64,000 nucleotides of DNA from assembly GCF_963921235.1 (NCBI RefSeq), contig NC_086110.1:10478001-10542000 (forward strand), given 5' to 3'. Of the stretch, positions 1 through 11,340 are shown piece after piece; within the stretch, counting starts at the first letter, position 1, and every line of letters begins with the position of its first letter. Below the pieces are notes generated by a model that worked only from the letters and a program-made list of their open reading frames with translations, searched no databases and was not told where the DNA came from. Source of the DNA: Mobula hypostoma (Eukaryota). The translations under genes were made by a program, and so were the position numbers.

Positions 1-445
1 TAGGATTAAAAAGAATCCCAAGACATTCTATACATATAGCAAAGGCAAGAAGATAACTAGGGAGAGAGTAGGACCATTCAAGGATAAAGGGTGGGGGGGT
101 GGGGAATGAATGCAGAGGTAGTGGGTGAGGTAGTGGGTAGTGGGTGAGTAATGAGTAATGAGTACTTCATATAAGTATTTACCAAAGAGAAGGACGTGGA
201 GGATACGGAGATCAGTGTTAAGAGTATTGATATGCTCGGGCATCTCGTGGTAAAGAAGAAGGTGGAGTTGGGTTGCTTAAAGAGAATTAAGGTGGATAAA
301 TCCCCAGAGCCTGATGGGATATACCCCAGATTATTGAGAGAGGTAAGAGAAGAGATTGCTGGGGCCTTGACCAATATCTTCGAGTCCTCTCTAGCCAGAG
401 GCAAAATCCTGGAGGACTGGCAAATAACTAATATTGTTCCAGTAC
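1..445 (+). mobile_element. CR1 LINE ORF2 fragment (first part of an interrupted copy)
   Basis: IKVDKSPEPDGIYPRLLREVREEIAGALTNIFESSLARGKILEDWQITNIVP is the CR1 pre-RT region. Confidence 0.85.
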
Positions 446-3400
446 TCAAAGATTCAAAGTACATTTATTATCAAAGTATGTATGCAACATACAACCCTGA
501 GATTTGTCTTCTTGCAGGCAGCCATGAAACAAGGAAACACCATGGAACCTGTTCAAAGAAAACATCAAACACTCAAGGTGCAGAAAAAATTAACAAATCA
601 CAACAGCAAAAAGTGAGCTAATAAACATAGAAACAAAGAAAACCTACAGCACAATTCAGGCCCTTCGGACCACAAAGTTGTGCCGAACATGTCCCTACCT
701 TAGAAATTACTAGGCTTACCCATAGCCCTCTATTTTTCTATGCTCCATGTACCTATCCAAAAGTCCTTAAAAGACCCTATCGTATCCACCTCCACCACTG
801 CCGCCGGCAGCCCATTCCACGCACTCACCACTCTCTGCGTAAAAAACTTACCCTGAAATCTCCTCTGTACCCACTCCCCAGCACCTTAAACCTATGTCCT
901 CTTATAGCAACCATTTCAGCCCTGGGAAAAAGCCTCTGACTATCCACATGATCAATGCCTCTCATCATCTTATACACCTCTATCAGGTCACCTCTCATCC
1001 TCCGTCGCTCCAAGGAGAAAAGGCAAAGTTCACTCAACCTGTTTTCATAAGGCATGCTCCCCAATCCAGGCAACATCCTTGTAAATCTCCTCTGCACCAT
1101 TTCTATGCTATCCACATCTGGTGAGACGACCAGAACTGAGCACAGTACTCCAAGTGGGTCTGACCAGGGTCCTATATAGCTGCAACATTACCTCTCAGCT
1201 CTTAAACTCAATCCCACGATTGATGAAGGCCAATGCACTGTATTCCTCCTTAACCACAGAGTCAACCTGCGCTGCTGATTTGAGCGTTCTATGGACTCGA
1301 ACCCCGAGATCCCTCTGATCCTCCACACTGCCAAGAGTCTTACCATTAATACTATATTCTGCCATCATATTTGACCTACCAAAATGAACCACTTCACACT
1401 TATCTGGGTTGAACTCCATCTGCCACTTCTCAGCCCAGTTTTGCATCCTATCAATGTCCCGCTGTAACCTCTGACAGCCCTCTATACTATCCACAACACC
1501 TCCAACCTTTGTGTCATCAGCAAACTTACTAACGCATCCCTCCATTTCCTCATCCAGGTCATTTATAAAAATCATGAAGAGTAAGGGTCCCAGAACAGAT
1601 CCCTGAGGCACACCACTGGTCATTGACCTCCATGCAGAATATGACCCATCTACAACCACTCTTTGCCTTCTGTGGGCAAGCCAGTTCTGGATCCACAAAG
1701 CAATGTCCCCTTGGATCCCATGCCTCCTTACTTTCTCAATAAGCCCTGCATGGGGTACCTTATCAAATTCCTTGCTGAAATCCATATACACTACATCTAC
1801 TGTTCTTCCTTCCTCAATGTGTTTCATCACATCCTCAAAAAATTTAATCAGGCTCATAAGGCACGACCTGCCCTTGACAAAGCCATGCTGACTATTCCTA
1901 ATCATATTACACCTCTCCAAATGTTCATAATTCCTGCCTGTCAGGATCTTCCCCATCAACTTCAACCACTGAAGTAAGACTCACTGGTTTATAATTTCCT
2001 GGGCTATCTCTACTCCCTTTCTTGAATAAAGAAACAACATCCGCAACTCTCCAATCCTCCAGAACCTCTCCCGCCCCTATTGATGATGCAAAGATCATTG
2101 CCAGAGGCTCAGCAATCTCCTCCCTCACCTCCAACAGTAGCCTGGGGTACATCTCATCCGGTCCCGGCGACTTATCCAACTTGATGCTTTCCAAAAGCTC
2201 CAGCACATCCTCTTTCTCAATATCTACATGCTCAAGCTTATCAGTCCGCTGCAAGTCATCACTACAATCACCAAGATCCTTCTCCATAGTGAATACTGAA
2301 GTAAAGTAATCATTAAGTACCTCTGCTATTTCCTCTGGTTCCATACACACTTTCCCACTGTCACACTTGATAGGTCCTATTCTTTCATGTCTTATAGCCT
2401 CTTGCTCTTCACATACTTGTAGAATGGCTTGGTGTTTTCCTTAATCCTGCCCGCCAAGGCCTTCTCATGGCCCCTTCTGGCTCTCCTAATTTCCTTCTTA
2501 AGCTCCTTCCTGTTAGCCTTAAAATCCTCTAGATCTCTAACAATACCTAGCTCTCTGAACCTTTTGTAAGATTTTCTTTTCTTCTTGACTAGATTTATTA
2601 CAGCCTTTGTACACCACGGTGCCTGTACCCTACCATAACTTCCCTGTATCATTGGAACGTACCAATGCAGAACCCCACACAAATATCCCCTGAACATTTG
2701 CCATATTTCTTCCGTACTTTTCCCTGAGAACATCTGTTTCCAATTTAAGCTTCCAATTTCCTGTCTGATAGCATCATAATTCCCCCTACTCCAATTAAAC
2801 GCTTTTCTAACTTGTCTGTTCCTATCTCCCTCCAATTCTATTGTAAAGGAGATAGAATTATGATCACTATCTCCAAAATGCTCTCCCAGTGAGAGATCTG
2901 ATACCTGACCAGGTTCATTTCCCAATACTAAATCAAGTACAGTCTCTCCTCTTGTAGGCTTATCTACATATTGTGTCAAGAAACCTTCCTGAACACACCT
3001 AACAAACTCCACCCCATCTAAACCCCTTGCTCTAGGGAGATGCCAATCGATATTTGGGAAATTAAAATCTCCCATCAGGACAACTCTGTTATTATTACAC
3101 CTTTCCAGGATATGTTTCCCTATCTGTTCCTCGATAACCCTGTTACTATTGGGCGGTCTATAAAAAACACCCAGTAGAGTTATTGACTCCTTCCTGTTCC
3201 TAACCTCCACCCATAGAGACTCCATAGACAATTCCTCCATGACGTCCAACTTTTCTGCAGCCATGACACTATCTCTGATCAACAGTGCCACACTCCCACC
3301 TCTTTTGCCTCTCTCCCTGTCCTTTCTGAAACATCTAAAACCCGGCACTTTAAGTAATCATTCCTGTCCCTGAGCCGTCCAAGTCTCTGTAATGGCCACC

Positions 3401-4277
3401 ACATCATAGCTCCAAGTACTGATCCACGCTCTAAGCTCATCCGCTTTGTTCACAATATTCCTTGCATTAAAATAGACGCATCTCAAACTGTCTCTCTGAG
3501 CGCGTCCCTTCTCTATCTCCTTTCTATCCTCCCTCTTGCACTGTCTCCAAGCTTTCTCTATTTGTGAGCCAACCACCTCCTCCCCAGTCTCTTCAGTTGG
3601 GTTACCACCCCCCAACAATTCTGGTTTAAACTCTGTGTGAATAACACACAGAACATTAAACATCAAACCGCAGAGTCCTTGAAACAGTCTAGGAATGTTC
3701 AGTTCTGTTCAGTTTCATGCTGTAATGTTCATTGAAAGCAGGCCACAGAGCCAGTCCGTGTGGAAGTGCCCTGATCAAAATCGTGCAAAATAGCAATAAA
3801 AAAAGGTGTAACCAGAAACCAGAAATACATATAATGGGAACTGCAGAGACCTCTAAAAACAAGTCCAATCCACAAATTGTGCTAATCAATCAAACTTTAC
3901 CCAGTACAAAAGACACCTGTGCCTTCCCCAACAAGGTAGAGAAGAAGACATGTCAAATGTAGGTAGATGGCACTAAACACCTGCTCACCTTCCGCGCTCC
4001 TTCTCGTTGACCAATCTTGCTTGACACTTTAATCAGCAAGATCATTGAGTAATGGAGCCAATTATGAGCTTGCACTCTGCCATTAGACTTATATGCTGTT
4101 CTCAACCTTGCTCTCAAATTTCCTCAGAGACAGCTCAGACGGCCCCAAAACACTTCAACAAACTGTAAGTTACAGGCTCCGATCATACACAGATTAATAG
4201 TAAAATATTTAAAAGAAGAAGGAGAAGAAGTAGTTCATGAACTGTTTGCAGGACGTTGCCGTTAGTCGCATCTTGCC
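446..4277 (-). mobile_element. Non-coding LINE-dependent element (~0.8 kb) split by a younger CR1
   Basis: Minus-strand 3' end AATAAA..(CTTTGAA) tail at ~446-470; minus-strand 5' end caagatgcg at ~4267-4276; host CR1 motif resumes at ~4278; related pieces at ~25897 and ~43610. Confidence 0.5.
623..3633 (-). mobile_element. CR1 LINE, near-complete ORF2 (APE endonuclease plus RT), disrupted
   Basis: EN motifs YFNARNIVNK, DVVAITETW, FYRPP, MGDFNFP, SDH; RT motifs [27 protein letters not shown]; tail (ttctatgt)n at ~623-640. Confidence 0.95.
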
Positions 4278-5560
4278 AAGAAGGGAACCAGATATAATCC
4301 TGAAACTACCTTCCAGTGAATCTCAAATCAGTGTAGGTAAATTACTGTAGAGAAATTTTAAGGACAGGATTAATCAGCTTTTGGAAAACCATGGTCTAAT
4401 TATGGAGAGCCAGCATGGCCTTTTGTGAGGTAAGTTGTGTCTTATTAACTTAATTGGGTTTTTTGATGAGGTGACAAGGGTGATTGATGAAGGTAGAGGT
4501 GTGCATATTGTCTATATGGCTTTTAGTAAGGCTTTAGGCTAGGTCCTTCATGAAACCCTCATCCAGAAGATAAAGATGCTTGGGATCCATGGTATCTCGG
4601 CTGTTTGGATTCAGAACTGGCTTGTCCACAGAAGACAGAAGGACTTAGTCTAGCTGGAGATCTGTGACAGTGGTGTTCTGCAGGGATCTGTACTAGGATC
4701 TCTGCCGTTTGTTATGTATTCTATGACTGGAATGAAAATATAGATGGGTGGGTTAGTAAGTTTGCAGATGATACAAAGGTTGGTGGTATTGTCAATAACT
4801 GGCATTGACTGGCAAAGAATACAATGGGAAAAGATCATTAGAAGATATGGATGGGGAAATGGCAGATGGAGTATAGCTCAGCCAAATGTGAAGCGTTGCA
4901 CCTTGGTAGGTCAAATATAAAGAGACAGTACACTGTTAAGGGCAAGACCCGCAACACTGTTGATGAGCAAAGGGATCTTGGAGTCTAGGTTCATGAAAGT
5001 GGTAACACAGGTTGATAGGGTGGTTGAGAAAGCATATGGCATGCTTGCCTCTATTAGTCGAGGCATAGAGTTCAAAAGTCAAGAAGTTATATTTCATCAT
5101 TAAAAATTCTAATTAGGCCACATCTTGAGAATTGCATACACTTCTTGTCACCCCATTATGGGAAGAATGTCGACACTTTGGAGAGAGTGAAGAAGAGGTT
5201 TACCAGGATACTGCTTGGGTTAGAGGTCATTTGCTGTAACAAAAGGTTGAATAAACTTGGGTTGTTTTCTCTGGAGATCTGATAGAGGTTTATAAGATTA
5301 TAAGAGGCATATATCAAGTAGACAGACAGTATCTTTTTCCCAGGGTTTAAATATCTAATACCAGTGGGTGTGCATTTAAGGTGAAAGGGGGCATTTTCAA
5401 AGGTGATATGATGGGAAAGTCCTTTTAAACAGAGAGTGGTGGGTGCCTGGAATGTGCTGCCTGGGGTGCTGGAGAGAGGCTGATACATCAGAGACATTTA
5501 GATAGGCACATGAATGTGAAGAAAGTGGAAGGATATGGATAATACATTTGTAGAGGGCAT
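4278..5560 (+). mobile_element. CR1 LINE RT and 3' end (continuation of 1-445), degenerate
   Basis: Starts at the KKG..NP.NY motif that normally follows NIVP; later gtgttctgcagggatctgtactagg and aagtttgcagatgatacaaag (KFADDTK). Confidence 0.85.
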
Positions 5561-6096
5561 TAACTTAGTTGGCTGTTTGATTACTAATCTAATCTGCTGA
5601 GTTCCTCCAGCATTTTGTGTGTGTTTCTCTGGATTTCTCTGGAATCTCTTGTGTTTACACCCATAGGAGTATTTTATTTGCAGTCATGTCTCTAATGTGG
5701 ACCTGGAACTCTTGAATAAAGAGAGAGCGTTTGGACTATACCAAAACTGACACTATTTTGATCCTGCTTTTGTTTGTGGAGGAAGATGAAAGGACCTGTG
5801 TCCTGAGCAGGTGCATGATAGAGGACTCTCTGATCTAAGGACTGTTCCCAGGGACACACATAGAAATGAATATCCTGATGCTGTAAGATCATCAACTCGG
5901 TCAAAGACGTCCATTGACCTGCCTGAAACTTGTTGGTCTGCCAGCACATCCAGATGTCGTAGACACATGCTGCTGACTAGCACAGTCCAAGCTGCAGGAG
6001 GACGTGCTGAAGGGGCACAGTGAAGTTTGGAGCAGCCACAACAAGAGCTTAGCTGGGAAGGACTACATGTAGGGTTCTTCCACTACTGAACTAAGG

Positions 6097-6833
6097 AGAC
6101 TAAGGAGCTGGTGGTAGACCTGAGGAGAGCTAAGGTACCGGTGACCCCTGTTTCCATCCGGGGGTCAGTGTGGACATGGTGGAGGAATACAAATACCTGG
6201 GGATACAAATTGACAATAAACTGGACTGGTCAAAGAACACTGAGGCTGTCTGCAAGAAGGGTCAGAGCCGTCTCTATTTCCTGAGGAGACTGGGGTCCTT
6301 TAACATCTGCCGGACAATGCTGAGGATGTTCTACGAGTCTGTGGTGGCCAGTGCTATCATGTTTGCTGTTGTGTGCTGGGGCAGCAGGCTGAGGGTAGCA
6401 GACACCAACAGAATCAACAAACTCATTCGTAAGGCCAGTGATGTTGTGGGGATAGAACTGGACTCTCTGACGGTGCTGTCTGAAAAGAGGATGCTGTCCA
6501 AGTTGCATGCCATCTTGGACAATGTCTCCCACCCACTACATAATGTACTGGTTGGGCACAGGAGTACATTCAGCCAGAGACTCATTCCTCTGAGATGCAA
6601 CACAGAGCGTCACAGGAAGTCATTCCTGCCTGTGGCCATCAAACTTTACAAACTCCTCCCTTGGAGGGTCAGACACCATGAGCCAATAGGCTGGTCCTGG
6701 ACTTATTTCCTGGCATAATTTACATATTACTATTTAACTATTTATGGTTTTATTACTATTTAATTATTTATGGTGCAACTGTAACGAAAATCAATTTCCC
6801 CCGGGATCAATAATGTATGACTATGACTATGAC
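6097..6833 (+). mobile_element. Rex1/Babar-type LINE 3' fragment
   Basis: YKYLGIQIDNKLDWSKNT..SRLYFLRRLGSFNI..FYESVVAS..VVCWG; 3' aatttcccccgggatcaataa plus (atgact)n tail. Confidence 0.85.
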
Positions 6834-6929
6834 TAACAGGAAGTGGCTGTGCTGGGTGAGGAAGCCCCTCAATTACTGTAGTAGTGTACCACACCAGGGG
6901 CCACATGAGTGGCCACAGTCCTCTGGTTT

Positions 6930-7140
6930 TAAGAAATGATCTTCTCTGCAGTCTTCACAATCCTACGTAGGGGCTTGCTATCAGATACCTTGCAAGTCCC
7001 ATACCAGATGGTGATGCAACTAGTCAGGACACACTCAATGGTGATCCTGTAAAAAATGATTAAAATGGTGGTGGGGGGGGGGGCGGGAAGCCTCAATCTC
7101 CTCAGGAAGTGCTGTGCTTTCTTGATTAAAGAGATGGTAT
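6930..7140 (-). mobile_element. Rex1/Babar LINE fragment
   Basis: KKAQHFLRRL..FYRITIECVLTSCITIWYG..IVKTAEKII. Confidence 0.75.
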
Positions 7141-8054
7141 TGAGGGACCATGGACCATGTGTTGTGGTTATGGTCATGCAGAGGATGTCCACAAAAAGAA
7201 CTGTGATAAGCTCTAGATCATTTTGTGTGCTGTAGCACTTACTTTTTATTCACAGTTATTTTGTAAATAACACTATTCTTTGCAATTCTGGTTAGATGCT
7301 AACTGCATTTCATTGGCTTTGTATCTGTGCTTGGCACAATGACAATAAAGTTGAATCTAATCTAATCTAACTTTGGTTGTACACATTGGATCTCAGATAC
7401 CATTGTTTTCATTCCAACTCTTTAATGCAGAAGGTGTGATTAAGATGCTTAGAAATGTAAAATCAGCCATTTGTTTGAATGTTTTAAGATCGCACCGGCA
7501 ATATACGGCAATGTCTGTGCGGGCAGCTCACAAAACTACAGGATACTCTACTCGCTATACTTCTTCTGAATTATGATCACTGCAGTCTGCATTTCCCTTT
7601 AAAAGTGTATTTTTTGAACAGTCTAAGCAAACTAATGACTTTACAATCTCCTGAATTATAAGGTGAACTTGACTCTTGTGACTGCGTGTACGGCTATGGT
7701 GGGGTAGCCATCACTGGCGGCAGGTGGTGTGTTGAGGCCCGCGAGCAGACAATTAACCCGTGCTCAGCTCCATTACTCCACACTGATTAAAATGTTGAGC
7801 CAGTGGAAAGCAAACCCGTGCCCTTCTCAATGTTAGCCAGTATCCCCCACCTGAACCCATCCCATCTGCTTGCATTTGACCCATCTCCCTCTCTTCTCGC
7901 TGCTACCATCGGGCAGGAGGTGCAGGAGTCTTGCAAAGGAAAGGGGCAGAAGCTAGAGTAATAAGGTGAGGGAGGGAAGGAGTACGAGCTGGAAGTGACA
8001 TCTGAAGCCAGGTGAGCGAGAAGGTAGATGGGTGGACGAGAGAGGGAGACCCAA

Positions 8055-8602
8055 GACCTCAACAGGTGAATGGCCGGTAGCACTCACATCTACAGTGATG
8101 AAATGCTTTGAGAGGTTGGTCATGACTAGACTGAACTCCTGCCTCAGCAAGGACTGGGACCCATTGCAATTTGCCTATCACCATAATAGGTCAATGGCAG
8201 ATGCAATCTCAATGGCTCTCCACATGGCTTTAGACCACCTATGTCAGGCTGCTGTTCATTGACTATAGCTCAGCATTTAATACCATCATTCCCACAATCC
8301 TGACTGAGAAAGTTGCAGAACCTGGGCCTCTGTACCTCCCTCTGCAATTGGATCCTCAACTTCCTAACCGGGAGACCACAATCTGTGTGGATTGGTGATA
8401 ACATATCCTCCTTGCTGACGATCAACACTGGCGCACCTCAAGGGTGTGTGCTTAGCCCACTGCTCTACTCTCTATATACACATGACTGTGCGGCTAGGCA
8501 TAGCTCAAATATCATCTATAAATTTTCTGAAGATACAACCATTGTGGTAGAATCTCAGGTGGTGACAAGAGGGCGTACAGGAGTGAGATATGCCAACTAG
8601 TG
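8055..8602 (+). mobile_element. Rex1/Babar LINE RT fragment
   Basis: [50 protein letters not shown]. Confidence 0.85.
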
Positions 8603-8759
8603 GCGTAGAATGTTGCTAGGACAGTTCTGGCCATATCATTGTAGGAAGAATATCCTTACCTGCAATGATGTGTTCAGAACATTCTTAAATACAATCTGGG
8701 AAAAGAATTCTACCCACCCCAGTCCATTGGCTGTTGCAAGTCTAAAAGTCACTGCATAG

Positions 8760-9050
8760 TTGGTTGAGGTGGAATACTTGGGTCCTGTTCCTCCTCCTCC
8801 ACTGAGAAGAGGTCATGTTCTGGGTGGCATCTCACCCTAATGAAGGATGCCACCGTTTTGAGGCATTGTCTTTTGAAGTTGTCCTCGATGCTGGGAAGGC
8901 TAGTGCCCATGATGGATTTGACTGAGTATGCAGCTTTCTGCATTTTTCTTCCAATCCTGTGCAGTGCCCTCTGCATATGAGACTGTGATGAAAACAGTTA
9001 GAATACTCTCCACAGTATATCAGTAGAAATTTGTTAGGCTCTTTGGTTAC
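8760..9050 (-). mobile_element. Rex1-like LINE 3' remnant
   Basis: Minus strand reads SIMGTSLPSIED..QCLK..SFI, resembling the Rex1 C-terminus. Confidence 0.55.
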
Positions 9051-9379
9051 ATACTAGGTCATATATGATGCCAGATGGATATGATGTTCTATAATCTACA
9101 AATCTGGGAATTGAGTATGAGGAAATGGGACAAGTCTCCGTAGTTGCTTCTATACTCAAGGTGCCGGAGTGAAGGGTAACAGGGGGCAGAAAATCTCAAT
9201 CCCATGTACATGGAGTGCACACGTATGTTTTCATGATTCTTGTGTGTGCTTATTGGTAAAATAGAATGATAGAAAGCTCATGAAAGTTGAAGATGAAGAT
9301 ATTTATCAAGTAACCAGGAACCCAGCAAACATAGGGTTTGTCCATTTCTCTCCAGATGCTGCCTGACCCGCTGAGTTTT

Positions 9380-11000
9380 ATAAGTTGCGCCGGGTTTCCA
9401 ACATCTGGGATATGCGATGTTCTTTCTGAAATCGGTGTATGAGATTGAATTCGCTCGCGGCTGGTTTCTTGCAACAAAGAAACGAGCAGCGACAACCCAC
9501 CCCCCAACGCCCGCTCAGTTTAACATTGCCACAGTACGTGTCCGGCACCCCCAGGGCCGCTCCGATCGAAGATGCCAGTGAGGGCTAATCATCTCCTCTC
9601 AGATATTATGAATGGGTTATATTTAAAAAAAAATGAATGGACGCTGGGGTAGAAGGCTGGTTACGCGCTGTTGCTCGCACCTGACGCTAAAGAGGAGTTG
9701 CGTGGTGACGTCAGCGACGGCGCCCCGCCCGACGTTAGAATGCAAGCCGGCTAGAGAGGGGGGAAAAAAAGAAGCGGGCGCGCGAGGTGGCCGGAGCTGC
9801 TGCTCGAGAGGAAAAGTGCGAGAGAATGGAGCGTGCGCTGGGGCGAGGCGGCGGCCGGGGGCGACGCTGAGGGGGAGGAGGTGTCACCGGGGAGTGGGGG
9901 ACCGAGGGGCCGACTGGAGTTTGGGGGGTGGGTGGGAGGGGAGGGGAACCCCCACTGTCCCGGCTCGGCCTTGCCCTGCCCTCCGCGGGCCACCCCGCAC
10001 ACGGCGCCTCCGCGGGGGGAATATGAGCCCCCGCCGGCCCGTCAATGTGGCTATCTCGCTCGCTGCACAGGGGAGCGGTTCTCGCTGAGGAAGCGGAGCG
10101 GCTGCCCTCCCGGTCGGCCGAGCTGGCCCAGGGCCACTTCTACCCGCGCTGCTACCAGCGCTCCGAGGCCGCCATGGCCGCACCGTTCTGCGGCCAGGAG
10201 CAGCAGCAGCAGCCGCCGCCGTGCCAGGACCAGCAGGGCCTAGGCCCAGCCCGACCCGAAGCGCCGCCGCCGCGACAGGAGTCGCTACCTCCGCCGCAGC
10301 AGCAACAGTGCGGCCTCTGCTGCGCCCGGGGCCCCGGGTCGCGCTCCCGTTCTAGCCCGGCTGACGAGCTGCGCCTGCTGCCTTGCCGCCACTCCTTCTG
10401 TCAGGCGTGCCTAGAAGCTCACGGCGGCAGGCGGCGGCGGCCCGGGGGCCCTAGCAGCAACAACAACGGCGGGCCGGCCCCTCACCGCGTCCGGCCCGAG
10501 GCCGAGCCCTCGCCTCCCGCCGCGTCGTCGTCCTCCTCTTCCTCCTCCTCCTCGGCCAACTCGTGCGGGCCTCCCGACCTGGCCTGCCCCATCTGCGACA
10601 GCCGCATGCCGGCCGCCGACAACGACGGGCTGCCCGCCGACCTGCTGCTACTCAACAACCTGCTGGACGTGGTGTCGGCGGCCGAGGACGAGCTGGACGG
10701 AGGCGTGCAGCGGCGGAGCCGCGCCAAGGGCTCGCAGTCGGGCTGCAGCTCCTGCGACGAAGGCGCGCCGGTGACTTCCCGCTGCATGGACTGCGCTGAA
10801 TACCTGTGCGATCACTGTGTCCGGGCGCACCAGCGGGTCCGGCTCACCAAGGAGCATGTCATCCAGCGCTTCAGGCAGCACCATTACAACCAGCAGCCGT
10901 TCGCCAGCCTGCCGCTCGCACATGACCGGCTCAGCTACTGCCAGCACCACGACAACCAAGTAGGTCTGAGGTCGGGTCAGCTCTGCTATTGGGGAGCAAA
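9380..11000 (+). promoter_or_regulatory. CpG island covering the TRIM71-like promoter, 5' UTR and exon 1
   Basis: Abrupt GC- and CpG-rich block in an AT-rich, CpG-depleted background; full CRE TGACGTCA 9706-9713; GC box CCCCGCCC 9723-9730. The TSS is not determinable. Confidence 0.8.
10174..10959 (+). CDS. trim71: TRIM71/lin-41-like exon 1 (RING, B-box 1, start of B-box 2)
   Basis: Perfect Kozak gccgccATGG at 10174, with an in-frame upstream ATG at 10045. C3HC4 RING CGLC..CRHSFCQAC..CPIC; B-box CSSCDEG..CMDCAEYLCDHCVRAHQRVRLTKEH typical of TRIM71; ends YCQHHDNQ at donor CAA|gtaggt. Confidence 0.9.
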
Positions 11001-11261
11001 ATAGTTCTGCACTTGCAAACAAAGCTAAGGTTTACATTTTTCAAATCGGAATTTTGATAAGAATTGGTGGAATTTTAACGATTTACGAAAACGTCATTCA
11101 ATTCCTCATTAATGAAGTTTTATTTGCTGTCATTTTAATTTTTCGTATTTGTGTCACGTAAACCCGTGTCATCAACAACAATATTCACGATATTGTATAC
11201 TTTTGATATCGGGAAGTCACAATGTTAACGTTTGGGATGATCTAAGTTTTAATTAACGACG

Positions 11262-11340
11262 CAAATTGCGGGAGGTACTCGGGCAGCATCTCTAGAAATG
11301 TGTAAACAGTCGACGTTTCGGGTCGAGACCCTTCAGGACG
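11262..11340 (-). mobile_element. Penelope-type terminal repeat remnant (hammerhead-like, 3-nt deletion in the core)
   Basis: Reverse complement gtcctgaagggtctcgacccgaaacgtcgactgtttaca..gatgctgccc; same family as 62010-62103. Confidence 0.6.

Noticed and set aside
114-165. TGAGGTAGTGGGT resembling the 5' half of let-7
   Set aside because: It lies inside a CR1 fragment as a local slippage repeat; the 3' half does not match and there is no hairpin partner.
10960-11004. Single-exon 319-aa reading of ORF 10045-11004
   Set aside because: A donor at 10959/10960 splits B-box 2, which continues in frame at 31600; the tail is intron read-through.
9633-11022. Long alternative-frame and antisense ORFs over exon 1
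   Set aside because: Expected from stop-codon scarcity in GC-rich DNA; low-complexity products with no recognisable domain.
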